A stretch of 64,000 nucleotides of DNA from Cyclobacteriaceae bacterium (GCA_028278225.1 JANQEU010000031.1:88347-152346); one strand, 5' to 3'. Positions 9,038-19,279 are shown, numbered from the stretch's first letter. Made by a program: numbers and translations. Notes: generated by a model not told the origin, from the letters alone.

Positions 9038-9976
9038 TTAAATTTTAACTTTACTACGGAAATACTCCAAGGTAGGCTTCAATCCTTCTGAACGACTAAA
9101 TTTCGGTTCCCAACCAAGAACCTTCCTCGCAAGTGAAATATCAGGCTTCCTTTGTTTAGGGTCATCTTCAGGCAACTCCTTATAGATGATCCTCGACTCG
9201 CTTCCGGTTAGTTTTAGAATTTCCTTTCCAAATTCATTTATGGTGATTTCCTCGGGATTGCCAATGTTAACAGGATTCACATAATCACTCATTAGTAGGC
9301 GATAGATACCCTCAACAAGGTCATCCACGTACGTGAAAGAACGCGTTTGCGAACCATCACCAAATGCGGTTAAATCTTCACCCCTAAGTGCCTGAGAAAT
9401 GAAAGCCGGAAGTACTCTGCCGTCATTCAATCTCATTCGAGGACCAAACGTGTTGAATATACGGATAATTCTGGTTTCCAATCCATGAAAAGTATGGTAA
9501 GCCATAGTTAAAGCCTCCTGAAATCGCTTTGCCTCATCATAAACTCCTCGCGGACCCACCGGGTTAACATTACCCCAATAGTCCTCTTTTTGAGGATGGA
9601 CAAGTGGATCACCGTAAACTTCCGAAGTTGAAGCTACAAGTATGCGAGCCCCTTTGTCTTTTGCCAACCCAAGGCAATTCAAGGTACCAAGTGAGCCGAC
9701 TTTCATTGTTTGAATCGGCATTTTCAAATAATCTATCGGGCTGGCGGGAGAAGCAAAGTGAAGAATATATTCCAGTTGCCCACTTACATGTATGAACTTT
9801 GACACATCGTGGTGGTGAAATTCAAAGTTCTTTTCTTTAAAGAGATGCTCGATGTTGGCCAGGTCCCCAGTGATTAGATTATCCATCGCAATGACATAGT
9901 ACCCTTCCTTATGAAATCTGTCGCATAAATGAGATCCAAGGAAACCGGCACCACCAGTGATCAATACTTTCCCCAT
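9038..9976 (-). CDS. UDP-glucuronate decarboxylase (UDP-xylose synthase)
   Basis: 312 aa SDR with [48 protein letters not shown] and [16 protein letters not shown], all classic UXS signatures. Confidence 0.88.
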   Translation of the reverse strand: MGKVLITGGAGFLGSHLCDRFHKEGYYVIAMDNLITGDLANIEHLFKEKNFEFHHHDVSKFIHVSGQLEYILHFASPASPIDYLKMPIQTMKVGSLGTLNCLGLAKDKGARILVASTSEVYGDPLVHPQKEDYWGNVNPVGPRGVYDEAKRFQEALTMAYHTFHGLETRIIRIFNTFGPRMRLNDGRVLPAFISQALRGEDLTAFGDGSQTRSFTYVDDLVEGIYRLLMSDYVNPVNIGNPEEITINEFGKEILKLTGSESRIIYKELPEDDPKQRKPDISLARKVLGWEPKFSRSEGLKPTLEYFRSKVKI

Positions 9977-9977
9977 T

Positions 9978-11285
9978 TCAGTTAATTCTTTTCCTTCCGA
10001 TACTATAGTAGGTAAAGCCCAATTCTTTCATATGGGATAGATCATAAAGATTTCTGCCGTCAAAGATGACTTTGTTTTTTAACTTTTTTTCGAGCAGATC
10101 GAATTCCGGTGTTCGAAATACCGGCCACTCAGTGATGATCATTAGTGCATCTGCGCCCATAGCTGCGTCATATTCATCTTTTCCATAGTAGATATTGTCT
10201 CCAACGACATGTTTTACATTGTCCATGGCCTCCGGATCATAAACTCTGACTTTCGCTCCTTTTGAGAGGAGTACTTCAATATTTTCCAGTGATGGAGCCT
10301 CCCTGATGTCATCAGTATAGGGCTTGAATGCCAGTCCCCAAATTGCAATTGTCCTTCCTTCCAGCGATCCAAAGTAATCTGTCATAGGTTGAATCAACTT
10401 ATGCTTCTGGTCTGCATTAATCTCCATGACTGAATTAAGAATCTTGAAGTCATAGTTTACTTCAGTGGAAGATTTGGCAAGCGCCTGGACGTCCTTGGGA
10501 AAACAACTGCCACCGTAGCCGATTCCGGCAAAAAGGAACCTCCTTCCAATACGGTCATCTGTACCAATGCCTTTACGGACCATATCAACATCGGCTCCCA
10601 AAGACTCACACAAATTGGCAATCTCATTCATAAATGTAATTTTGGTTGCTAAAAATGAGTTTGCAGCATATTTTGTTAATTCCGCAGACCGTACATCCAT
10701 GAAAATTACAGGATTGCCCTGTCTTACATAAGGCGCATAGAGTTCCTTCATCAACTTCCTGGCTCTTTCAGAGTTTGTTCCAACGACAACCCTATCGGGC
10801 TTCATGAAATCTTCCACCGCTACACCCTCACGCAAGAACTCAGGATTGGAGACCACATCAAAGTCCGCCACAGCATTTCTCGAAATTTCTTCCGTTACCT
10901 TTTCAGCGGTTCCAACCGGGACAGTGCTCTTATCTACAATGACCGTGTAATCTTTTAAAAGTGGTCCCAGATCCCCAGCCACTTTCAGCACATACTGAAG
11001 GTCGGCTGATCCATCCTCTCCTGGAGGTGTTGGCAAAGCCAGAAAAATAATCTCTGCCCCTTCCAATCCTTTTTCCAGGCTCGTGGTAAAATCCAATCTC
11101 TTTTGTCTTATGTTTCGTTCGAAAAGCGGTTCAAGACCAGGCTCATAAATGGTAACCTCCCCATTTTGAAGTTTGTTTACTTTCGATTCGTCAATGTCTA
11201 CACAGGTAACATGATTACCGGTTTCAGCAAAACAAGTTCCTGTCACTAACCCAACATATCCCGTACCAACAACGGCGATTTTCAT
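9978..11285 (-). CDS. ugd: UDP-glucose 6-dehydrogenase
   Basis: 435 aa with [10 protein letters not shown] and the catalytic-Cys motif GGSCFPKD. Confidence 0.9.
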   Translation of the reverse strand: MKIAVVGTGYVGLVTGTCFAETGNHVTCVDIDESKVNKLQNGEVTIYEPGLEPLFERNIRQKRLDFTTSLEKGLEGAEIIFLALPTPPGEDGSADLQYVLKVAGDLGPLLKDYTVIVDKSTVPVGTAEKVTEEISRNAVADFDVVSNPEFLREGVAVEDFMKPDRVVVGTNSERARKLMKELYAPYVRQGNPVIFMDVRSAELTKYAANSFLATKITFMNEIANLCESLGADVDMVRKGIGTDDRIGRRFLFAGIGYGGSCFPKDVQALAKSSTEVNYDFKILNSVMEINADQKHKLIQPMTDYFGSLEGRTIAIWGLAFKPYTDDIREAPSLENIEVLLSKGAKVRVYDPEAMDNVKHVVGDNIYYGKDEYDAAMGADALMIITEWPVFRTPEFDLLEKKLKNKVIFDGRNLYDLSHMKELGFTYYSIGRKRIN

Positions 11286-11286
11286 A

Positions 11287-11814
11287 TTATTTATTAATTA
11301 ATGGTTGATTTAAATCTTTTTCAGAAACAATTGGCTTATCATCCAACTCCCAATCAATGGCCAGCGTCGAATCATCATATTTGATACCACCTTCGTGATC
11401 AGGATTGTAGTAATCATCAACAGCGTAATAGAAGATAGTTTCATCCTGAAGGGTATAGTAGCCGTGAGCAAAACCCTTCGGCACCAAAAGCATTGTATCA
11501 GGAGAAGACAACTTCAACTTATAGTGCTTTAGAAAAGTAGGTGAATTATTTCTCAGGTCTACTACTACGTCTAACACTGAGCCAGTTACAACTCCAACAA
11601 TCTTTGCTTGTGCATATCTGTCCTTTTGAAAATGAAGTCCTCTGAGCACATTCTTCTGGGATTTCGCGAAGTTAATTTGCTTTACTTCAAACTCAACATC
11701 CAACTGTCTTAAATCTTTTTTATTAAATACTTCCAGGAAGAATCCCCTGCCATCGCCAAACATGTCCATTTTTATCACAAAGCAATCTTTGAGTGGTGTT
11801 TCAATCAGCTCCAT
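11287..11814 (-). CDS. rfbC: dTDP-4-dehydrorhamnose 3,5-epimerase
   Basis: 175 aa cupin with LRGLHFQ and GFAHGY motifs. It overlaps the end of rfbA by 10 nt. Confidence 0.9.
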   Translation of the reverse strand: MELIETPLKDCFVIKMDMFGDGRGFFLEVFNKKDLRQLDVEFEVKQINFAKSQKNVLRGLHFQKDRYAQAKIVGVVTGSVLDVVVDLRNNSPTFLKHYKLKLSSPDTMLLVPKGFAHGYYTLQDETIFYYAVDDYYNPDHEGGIKYDDSTLAIDWELDDKPIVSEKDLNQPLINK

Positions 11815-12671
11815 TTCAAAAGGTTGATTAGATATTCTCCGTATCCACTTCTTCTTAAAGGTTCCGCTAACTTCAATAATTGATCTTTTTGAATGAATCC
11901 CATTTTGTAAGCCACTTCTTCAATACACCCAATCTTCAAACCCTGTCTTTCTTCAATGGCATGCACAAATTCTCCCGCATGTATCAGGGAAGTCACAGTT
12001 CCGGTATCAAGCCATGCCGTTCCCCTGTCTAAGATTTCAACAGACAATTTCCCGTTTTTGAGATACTTATTATTAACCTCTGTGATTTCCAATTCTCCTC
12101 TTTTACTGGGTTCAATGTCTTTTGAAATGGAAACAACATTGTTATCATAAAAATATAACCCGGGAACGGCATATTGGGATTTTGGGATTGCAGGTTTTTC
12201 TTCAATAGTAAGAACCCTTTTGTTTTTGTCAAATTCAACAACACCATATCTTTCAGGATCATTTACATGGTAGGCAAAAACGATACCTCCATCAGGATTC
12301 GTGCAGGATTGAAGCTTTTTCGAAAATCCGGAAGCATAGAAGATGTTATCACCCAGGATCAGGGAAACTTTATCATTTCCAATAAATTTTTCACCAATAA
12401 TAAAAGCTTCTGCCAAACCTTTAGGCTCCTCCTGTACAGCATATGAGAAATGGCATCCAAGCTCCGATCCGTTACCCAGCAGTTCCTGGAAGGTAGTTAA
12501 ATCTCTTGGTGTTGATATAATAAGAATATCCCTTATCCCCGCCAGCATCAAAACGGACAAGGGGTAATAAATCATTGGCTTATCATAAACAGGAAGGATC
12601 TGCTTACTAATAGCCCTGGTCAACGGATGGAGACGGGTACCAGCGCCCCCTGCTAAGATTATTCCTTTCAT
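11805..12671 (-). CDS. rfbA: Glucose-1-phosphate thymidylyltransferase
   Basis: 288 aa beginning [18 protein letters not shown], with RfbA-like sequence throughout. Confidence 0.92.
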   Translation of the reverse strand: MKGIILAGGAGTRLHPLTRAISKQILPVYDKPMIYYPLSVLMLAGIRDILIISTPRDLTTFQELLGNGSELGCHFSYAVQEEPKGLAEAFIIGEKFIGNDKVSLILGDNIFYASGFSKKLQSCTNPDGGIVFAYHVNDPERYGVVEFDKNKRVLTIEEKPAIPKSQYAVPGLYFYDNNVVSISKDIEPSKRGELEITEVNNKYLKNGKLSVEILDRGTAWLDTGTVTSLIHAGEFVHAIEERQGLKIGCIEEVAYKMGFIQKDQLLKLAEPLRRSGYGEYLINLLKWS

Positions 12672-12707
12672 AAATTTTGGCTATTGGCTTTTATCCGATG
12701 TTCAGGG

Positions 12708-13751
12708 TTATCCATAATGTTGTTCATAGTACTTCTGATAATTACCGGATGTGACATTATCCAGCCATTCTTCATTTTTCAAATACCAATTTACCGTTTT
12801 TCGTAACCCTTCTTCAAAAGTCACTGAAGGTTCCCAACCCAGCTCTTTTTTAATCTTCATAGCATCTATCGCATATCTCAGGTCATGGCCAGCCCTGTCT
12901 TTGACAAATGTTATAAGTTCCTGGGAGGTTCCAACTGAATTGCCCAACTCTTGATCCATGATATCGCATAATAGCCTGATCAGATCAATATTCTTCCACT
13001 CATTGAAACCCCCGATATTGTAAGTTTCTCCAATCTCCCCCTTATGAACGATCACATCAATCGCTATGGCATGATCCTCAACATACAACCAGTCCCGTAC
13101 ATTTTCACCTTTTCCATAAACCGGAATCGGTTCTCCATTCCTGATGTTGTTAATAGCAAGGGGTATCAATTTTTCCGGAAAGTGATTAGGACCATAATTG
13201 TTTGAGCAATTGCTAATGATGAAGGGTAATTTATAGGTATTGCCATACGCTTTCACGAAATGATCTGAAGCTGCTTTCGACGCTGAATATGGAGATTTCG
13301 GATCGTAAGGCGTGGATTCTGTAAAAAACCCTTCAGCCCCCAACGAGCCATAAACTTCATCCGTACTTATATGGTAAAATAATTTGTTGTGAGATCCCTT
13401 CCATGCATTCCTTGCCGTGTTGAGCAAATTGACTGTTCCTAAGACATTTGTCTCAACAAAAGCATTCGGATTTCGAATGGATCGATCAACATGGGACTCC
13501 GCTGCCAAATGAATCACAACATCAATCCGATGTAAGTCGAAAATCTCGCTAACCAGATCAGCATCACAAATGTCTCCTTTTAAGAAGGTATAGTTCTCCG
13601 AATTCTCAATATCAACGAGGTTTTGAAGATTTCCCGCATAGGTCAGTTTATCCAAATTGAAAATCTTGTATTGTGGGTAACTGACGACAAATCTCCTTAC
13701 CACATGAGACCCTATGAATCCGGCGCCGCCTGTAATTAAGACATTCTTCAT
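12708..13751 (-). CDS. rfbB: dTDP-glucose 4,6-dehydratase
   Basis: 347 aa with TGGAGFIGSH and YSASKAASD. It shares an ATGA overlap with the upstream epimerase gene. Confidence 0.92.
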   Translation of the reverse strand: MKNVLITGGAGFIGSHVVRRFVVSYPQYKIFNLDKLTYAGNLQNLVDIENSENYTFLKGDICDADLVSEIFDLHRIDVVIHLAAESHVDRSIRNPNAFVETNVLGTVNLLNTARNAWKGSHNKLFYHISTDEVYGSLGAEGFFTESTPYDPKSPYSASKAASDHFVKAYGNTYKLPFIISNCSNNYGPNHFPEKLIPLAINNIRNGEPIPVYGKGENVRDWLYVEDHAIAIDVIVHKGEIGETYNIGGFNEWKNIDLIRLLCDIMDQELGNSVGTSQELITFVKDRAGHDLRYAIDAMKIKKELGWEPSVTFEEGLRKTVNWYLKNEEWLDNVTSGNYQKYYEQHYG

Positions 13752-14770
13752 TTGTTGTAATATTCCTTAAACCAGGTAACAAAAGCAGTGACCCCTTCAT
13801 CAATTGATGTTGATGGTTTGTAACTGACTTTCTGCTCTAATGTACTGACATCCGCAAAGGTCTCCTTGACATCTCCTGTCTGCATCGGCAAAAAGTTTTT
13901 CTCAACGGATTTTCCAACCACCTTTTCCAAGGTTCTTATAAAATCCATCAATTCTACAGGCTCATTGTGCCCGATATTGTACGTACAATAAGGAGCAAAA
14001 CTCGTATTGGGACTGGGATCATTACCATTCCAGCTAGGGTCAGCCCGGGGAAGCTCGGGAATTAAGCGGAAAACCCCTTCTACAATGTCATCCACAAAAG
14101 TGAAATCACGCTTCATTTTTCCATGATTATACACATCAATTGGTCGATCATCCATAATTGCATCGGTGAAGAGGAACAATGCCATGTCCGGCCTTCCCCA
14201 AGGTCCATATACAGTAAAGAATCTCAACCCGGTTACCGGTAGTCCAAAACTTGACGCGTATGAATGTGCAATAAGCTCATTCGCTTTCTTTGTGGCTGCG
14301 TAGAGGGATACAGGATGATCAACGTTATGATGAACTGAGAATGGCATTTTGGTATTAGCTCCGTATACTGAACTCGATGAAGCAAAAATTAAATGTTTTA
14401 CATCATGATCTTTACACCTTTCTAACAGGTTTACAAACGCTGTGATGTTGGAACTGGTGTAGGCAAAGGGATGTGTCAGAGAATATCTCACCCCAGCCTG
14501 TGCGGCAAGATGTATCACAAATTCAGATTTATGTTCCTTAAATACCGATTGAAGCTGATCGATATTCTCCAGATCCATTTTGTAGAAGTGATATCCCTGG
14601 TTTTTAAGTAAAATTGCATTCCTGTCCTCCTTGAGCTTAACACTATAATAGTCGTTCAGGTTATCTATACCAATTACCTCGTACCCTTCCCTGAGGAGCC
14701 TTCGACTCAAATGAAAACCAATGAATCCCGCTGACCCCGTGACCAATATCGGTTTTGAAGTAGGTATCAA
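13748..14770 (-). CDS. UDP-glucuronate 4-epimerase-like NAD-dependent epimerase
   Basis: 340 aa with TGSAGFIGFHL, YAATKKANE and GLRFFTVYGPWGRPDMA (CapI/LpsL/UGlcAE type). The only possible start before the Rossmann motif is TTG at 14770. Confidence 0.75.
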   Translation of the reverse strand: MIPTSKPILVTGSAGFIGFHLSRRLLREGYEVIGIDNLNDYYSVKLKEDRNAILLKNQGYHFYKMDLENIDQLQSVFKEHKSEFVIHLAAQAGVRYSLTHPFAYTSSNITAFVNLLERCKDHDVKHLIFASSSSVYGANTKMPFSVHHNVDHPVSLYAATKKANELIAHSYASSFGLPVTGLRFFTVYGPWGRPDMALFLFTDAIMDDRPIDVYNHGKMKRDFTFVDDIVEGVFRLIPELPRADPSWNGNDPSPNTSFAPYCTYNIGHNEPVELMDFIRTLEKVVGKSVEKNFLPMQTGDVKETFADVSTLEQKVSYKPSTSIDEGVTAFVTWFKEYYNK

Positions 14771-14804
14771 GTTAAATAGTGATTTGGATTTGTGATGATA
14801 ACTT

Positions 14805-14812
14805 TAGCTTTG
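14805..14812 (+). promoter_or_regulatory. Candidate -7 promoter box (TAGCTTTG) for ccmB
   Basis: Exact TAnnTTTG match, 5 nt upstream of ATG 14818, implying a leaderless or very short-leader mRNA. It lies inside the implausible GTG-extended track ORF. Confidence 0.35.
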
Positions 14813-14817
14813 CAAAA

Positions 14818-15468
14818 ATGAATCTCGTTTTCGCACTAATAAAAAAAGACTACCTCATAGATTTTCGGCAAAAATACCCAATTGTCGGGATCGCACTTTA
14901 CATTTTTGCCACAATCTATATTTCTTATTTGTCCTTTGGCAACTTGATAAACCCTTCGACATGGAACGCCCTACTTTGGATTGTACTTTTATTTGCCTCG
15001 GTAACAGGAATTGCTAAGGGATTCATCCAGGAGGAAAACAGTTCATTGTACTATTACTTTCTTACTTCACCGTCGCAGATATTGATTGCCAAATTTCTTT
15101 ACAATGGATTGTACCAGCTCTTGATTGTAGGATTAACCTTTGTTTTATTCTCGATATTCCTGGGTAATCCCGTGGAAAACCTGCCATTATTCATGCTGAA
15201 TTTTTCCATTGGAGCCCTTGGTATGGGTGCGGCCTTTACGCTAATTTCGGCCATCTCCTCCAAGACTGGCAATCAATCTACCATGATGGCCTTATTGGGA
15301 TTTCCGGTTGTCATCCCAGTTTTGATCATGGCGGTTAGCAATTCAAGAAATATCATTTTTGGAGCGGGATTGACGGATATAATGGGAAACCTGCTAACCC
15401 TGATATCCATCATAGTTATTATCATTGCACTCTCATTTATTTTATTCCCTTACAGCCGTAGGAACTAG
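14818..15468 (+). CDS. ccmB: Haem exporter membrane protein CcmB
   Basis: A polytopic membrane protein, first gene of the ccm cluster. From ATG 14818 (MNLVFALIKKDYLIDFRQ...) its length of 216 aa matches CcmB. The 13 upstream codons from GTG 14779 look non-coding. Confidence 0.75.
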   Translation: MNLVFALIKKDYLIDFRQKYPIVGIALYIFATIYISYLSFGNLINPSTWNALLWIVLLFASVTGIAKGFIQEENSSLYYYFLTSPSQILIAKFLYNGLYQLLIVGLTFVLFSIFLGNPVENLPLFMLNFSIGALGMGAAFTLISAISSKTGNQSTMMALLGFPVVIPVLIMAVSNSRNIIFGAGLTDIMGNLLTLISIIVIIIALSFILFPYSRRN

Positions 15469-15471
15469 CAG

Positions 15472-16146
15472 ATGAATTTCTTAATCAGGACAAATTGGTG
15501 GAAGTGGCTCACGATGTTTTTACTGACTTATACCGTGGTTGGAGGGCTTCTTTTCACCGTCCCGAGACTACCCATTTTAAACGAGACTATCCGTAATCTC
15601 CATTTTCACGTTCCTATGTGGTTCGGAATGATCATTCTTTTTGCGTTTTCAGTGTTTCACTCGGTGAAATATCTTTCTTCAAAAGATCTGGTTCAGGATC
15701 TTTTTAGTAAAGAACTTATCAATGTAGGGGTGCTTTTCGGAATTTTAGGGATAATCACAGGAATGATTTGGGCAAATTTCACCTGGGGGGAACCATGGAG
15801 TAATGATCCCAAACAAAATGCAGCCGCGGTTGCTTTGCTTATCTATTTTGCCTACATGATACTTAGAGGATCACTGTCAGATGATCATCAAAAGGCAAGG
15901 ATATCGGCTATCTACAACATTTTTGCTTTTGCAGTGCTGATCCCCCTGTTATTCATACTTCCTCGACTAACTGACAGCTTACATCCGGGAAGTGGCGGTA
16001 ATCCGGGATTCAATGCCTATGATCTGGACAGTAATTTGAGGTTAGTATTTTATCCGGCGGTGGTTGGATGGACGTTTTTAGGATCCTGGATTGCCGGAAT
16101 AATGATCAGGGTTTCATTATATCAATTTAAAAAAGACAGTGAATAA
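15472..16146 (+). CDS. ccmC: Haem exporter / cytochrome c assembly protein CcmC
   Basis: 224 aa membrane protein with the tryptophan-rich WWD-type motif WGEPWSNDPKQN. Confidence 0.85.
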   Translation: MNFLIRTNWWKWLTMFLLTYTVVGGLLFTVPRLPILNETIRNLHFHVPMWFGMIILFAFSVFHSVKYLSSKDLVQDLFSKELINVGVLFGILGIITGMIWANFTWGEPWSNDPKQNAAAVALLIYFAYMILRGSLSDDHQKARISAIYNIFAFAVLIPLLFILPRLTDSLHPGSGGNPGFNAYDLDSNLRLVFYPAVVGWTFLGSWIAGIMIRVSLYQFKKDSE

Positions 16147-16360
16147 ATTTTGGCTGACGATTTCCTTCCTGATACTGAATATCCGGGCTTTTGCACAGGA
16201 GGAGGTTGAAATGGCAGATCAATTTCGAGGGGAGGGTAAGATCTATGTTGTAGTTGCTGTAATTTTGATAATTCTGTTTGGAATTTTTTTCACACTTATA
16301 AGATTGGACAAGAAGATAACCAGGCTGGAAAAAGAAGTACGGAACAAAGAAAAAGAATGA
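16139..16360 (+). CDS. ccmD: CcmD-family small membrane protein (Bacteroidota type)
   Basis: 73 aa with a GTG start overlapping the ccmC stop. It has one TM helix (KIYVVVAVILIILFGIFFTLI) followed by a basic/acidic tail. It sits between ccmC and ccmE, and its stop overlaps the ccmE start (ATGA). Confidence 0.7.
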   Translation: MNKFWLTISFLILNIRAFAQEEVEMADQFRGEGKIYVVVAVILIILFGIFFTLIRLDKKITRLEKEVRNKEKE

Positions 16361-16761
16361 GAAAATCGCACATATTCGGAATTTTGGTCATCGCAATTGC
16401 AATCGCAGTGATCGTTTCCACGGCCGGTGATGCAAGCAGTTATGTCACTTTCAAAGAAGCAAGAGTTATTGCCGATGGAGGGAATAAAGCCAAAATACAT
16501 GTCGTTGGCACTTTGAAAAAGAATAAAAAAAATGAAATAATAGGGATTGAAGAGAGCCCCGACAAGCTATCATTCCGGTTTGTCATGATCGATGAAAACA
16601 GTGAAGAGCAGGTAGTGCTATATGCAAATCCCATCCCACAGGATTTTGAGAAGTCCGAACAAGTGGTGGTAGTGGGAGCTTATCATGAAGAGGCGTTTGT
16701 TGCGGACAAAATTCTTCTTAAGTGCCCGTCAAAGTACCAGGAAGAAGAAATTAAAATTTAG
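16357..16761 (+). CDS. ccmE: Cytochrome c maturation haem chaperone CcmE, CxxxY variant
   Basis: 134 aa with an N-terminal TM anchor and an OB-fold-like body. The C-terminal LLKCPSKY (Cys codon 16723-16725, Tyr 16735-16737) sits where canonical CcmE has HxxxY. Confidence 0.85.
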   Translation: MRKSHIFGILVIAIAIAVIVSTAGDASSYVTFKEARVIADGGNKAKIHVVGTLKKNKKNEIIGIEESPDKLSFRFVMIDENSEEQVVLYANPIPQDFEKSEQVVVVGAYHEEAFVADKILLKCPSKYQEEEIKI

Positions 16762-16765
16762 CTGA

Positions 16766-19279
16766 ATGATCCATTATTTTGTTGGTTCTTTCGGCCATTT
16801 CCTGGTGATTCTTGCATTTGTCAGTTCAATTGTTGCTTCAGTTTCATTTTTCAAAGCTTCAAATAACAATTCATCCTGGTTAAGGTTTGGGCAATATGCC
16901 TTTTACCTGCATGCCATATGCATTATCGGAGTATTAACGGTACTGTTTTTCATCATTAATCGACAATACTTTGAGTATCACTATGCATGGAATTACAGTT
17001 CGAAATACCTCCCGATATATTACCAGATTTCAAGCTTCTGGAATGGCCAGGAAGGTTCATTCCTGCTATGGATGTTTTGGAATGTGATCCTGGGTTTAGT
17101 CCTGCTGAGAACCAACAAATTCTGGAAACCTTCTGTAATGACCATCATGTCATTCAACCAGGTCTTTCTCACTTCCATGATCCTAGGCGTGATCATTTTC
17201 GATTTGAAGTTGGGGAGTTCACCGTTCTTGCTATTGAGAGATGTCATTCAGGACAACATTTTCAAAATCAATCCGGATTTCATACCGGCAGATGGAAACG
17301 GGTTAAATCCACTATTGCAGAACTACTGGATGGTCATTCATCCGCCCACGCTTTTTCTGGGTTTCGCCAGTACAGTAGTCCCGTTTGCTTTTGCCATCGC
17401 CGGCATCTGGAGAGGCAAATACAAAGAATGGATCCGTCCCGCTCTTCCCTGGGCGCAATTCTCGGCATTGGTATTAGGGATCGGCATCCTTATGGGAGCC
17501 TACTGGGCCTATGAAACATTAAATTTTGGAGGTTACTGGAACTGGGATCCTGTGGAGAATGCGATCTATGTGCCGTGGCTGACGTTGGTTGCAGGGATGC
17601 ATACAATGATTGCTCACAAAAAAAGTGACAGTGCGCTCAAAGTTTCTGTCATCTTGGTGGTTGTAACATATATTTTGATACTGTACTCTACATTTCTTAC
17701 ACGAAGCGGCGTCCTGGGAGAGACCTCCGTACACTCCTTCACAGATCTTGGTCTGTCCGGTCAGCTTTTGATCTTTCTCCTGGTTTTCATCATCGGAAGC
17801 ACCCTACTTCTGGTAAGAAAATGGAAAAACCTCAGTGGTAAAAAGGAAGAGGTTTCAACTTATTCCCGTGAATTCTGGATCTTTATGGGAGCAACAGTTT
17901 TATGCCTTATGGCCTTCCAGGTCCTGGTCCCTACATCGATCCCGGTCTGGAACGAGATCCTCGGCATCTTTGGCATCAATTCGAATCTGGCACCTCCGGC
18001 GGATCAAATCGAGTTTTACTCAAAATTCCAACTGTGGTTTGCGATCGGGCTCGCAATTCTTTCGGGAACAGGTCAGTTTTTCTGGTGGAAGAAAGCAGAT
18101 CCGGAAAAATTGAAAAAGGAATTGAGGAATCCGGTCATTATTGCTTTGTTGGTTTCCTCAATCATAATACTCTTTGGAAGAATTAAAGAAATAGGTTTCA
18201 TTTTACTATTAACTGCCGCTGTCTATTCCATAGTGGCAAATGTCAAGATCCTATTGAGTCTTCGAAAAACCAATTTCAGATTATCCGGAGGGTCGGTGAC
18301 TCATATCGGAATCGCCATGATGCTGATCGGAATTCTTTTTTCCTCCGGTTATTCCAAGATCATATCAAAAAATAACACAGGACTACTTTGGAGCAAGGAG
18401 TTTCCGGAGGAGATGAACCAAAACAACCTTCTTCTATTCCAGAACGAGCCCAGGCAAATGGGCGAATACTCGCTCCTCTTTCGGGGTATGAGAAAGAAAA
18501 TCAAAAAGTATGGCTATGTTGATGCAAACTCGCTTCTGCCGACGGATGACCCCCTGAAATTGATTGTCTCCAAGGATGTCGCAAAAGGAGAGGCGATTGT
18601 GATCAAAAGAGGTGATACTGTTTCGGTAATAAACCCTGAGAATAGCTACTTTGAAATAAAATATTCAAAGGAAAACGGGAAGGATTTTACATTATATCCG
18701 AGAATCCAGGTAAATGAGTTGATGGGTACATTATCCTCTCCGGATATCAAGAGAACACTTACTGCGGACTTATATACGCATATTAGCAACCTGGCTGATC
18801 CTGATCAGGAACCTGACTGGAGTGAAACGGAGGAGGTCAAAATAAAGATTGGTGATACTTTTTTCATCAATGATTATGTTGCAAAATTTATTGAGATGGA
18901 ACGGATCAATGAATTACCAAATGTCATATTGGGACCGGAGGACGTTGCGGTGAAAGCCATAATTGAAATTCAGGGTGAATATGAAAACTACCTTGCCGAA
19001 CCCATTTATCTGATAAAAGATCGAATGGCCGGAAGGATTCCGGAAACCATTAGTGAAGTTGCCTCAAGAATAACAATACTAAATATACATCCTCAGGAAG
19101 ATAGCTTCACTTTCGGTGTGAACACAACTCAGAAAGACTGGATCATCCTGGAAGCTGTGGAAAAACCCTGGATCAACATTTTGTGGTTGGGTACTTTCTT
19201 TCTTGTAATTGGATTATCCATTGCTATAACAAGACGGTACGAAGAATTTTCAAAGATGAAGTCAAAAAATTTGGAGTAA
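16766..19279 (+). CDS. ccmF: Cytochrome c haem lyase subunit CcmF (elongated form)
   Basis: 837 aa polytopic protein with the WWD motif FGGYWNWDPVEN. A long hydrophilic C-terminal region is followed by a final TM helix (INILWLGTFFLVIGLSIAI). Confidence 0.88.
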   Translation: MIHYFVGSFGHFLVILAFVSSIVASVSFFKASNNNSSWLRFGQYAFYLHAICIIGVLTVLFFIINRQYFEYHYAWNYSSKYLPIYYQISSFWNGQEGSFLLWMFWNVILGLVLLRTNKFWKPSVMTIMSFNQVFLTSMILGVIIFDLKLGSSPFLLLRDVIQDNIFKINPDFIPADGNGLNPLLQNYWMVIHPPTLFLGFASTVVPFAFAIAGIWRGKYKEWIRPALPWAQFSALVLGIGILMGAYWAYETLNFGGYWNWDPVENAIYVPWLTLVAGMHTMIAHKKSDSALKVSVILVVVTYILILYSTFLTRSGVLGETSVHSFTDLGLSGQLLIFLLVFIIGSTLLLVRKWKNLSGKKEEVSTYSREFWIFMGATVLCLMAFQVLVPTSIPVWNEILGIFGINSNLAPPADQIEFYSKFQLWFAIGLAILSGTGQFFWWKKADPEKLKKELRNPVIIALLVSSIIILFGRIKEIGFILLLTAAVYSIVANVKILLSLRKTNFRLSGGSVTHIGIAMMLIGILFSSGYSKIISKNNTGLLWSKEFPEEMNQNNLLLFQNEPRQMGEYSLLFRGMRKKIKKYGYVDANSLLPTDDPLKLIVSKDVAKGEAIVIKRGDTVSVINPENSYFEIKYSKENGKDFTLYPRIQVNELMGTLSSPDIKRTLTADLYTHISNLADPDQEPDWSETEEVKIKIGDTFFINDYVAKFIEMERINELPNVILGPEDVAVKAIIEIQGEYENYLAEPIYLIKDRMAGRIPETISEVASRITILNIHPQEDSFTFGVNTTQKDWIILEAVEKPWINILWLGTFFLVIGLSIAITRRYEEFSKMKSKNLE

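Noticed and set aside
16987-17514. A 175-aa ORF in an alternative plus-strand frame inside ccmF.
   Set aside because: It is fully embedded in the well-supported CcmF frame (WWD motif, TM pattern). Its product is Pro/Arg/His-rich with no protein-like features.
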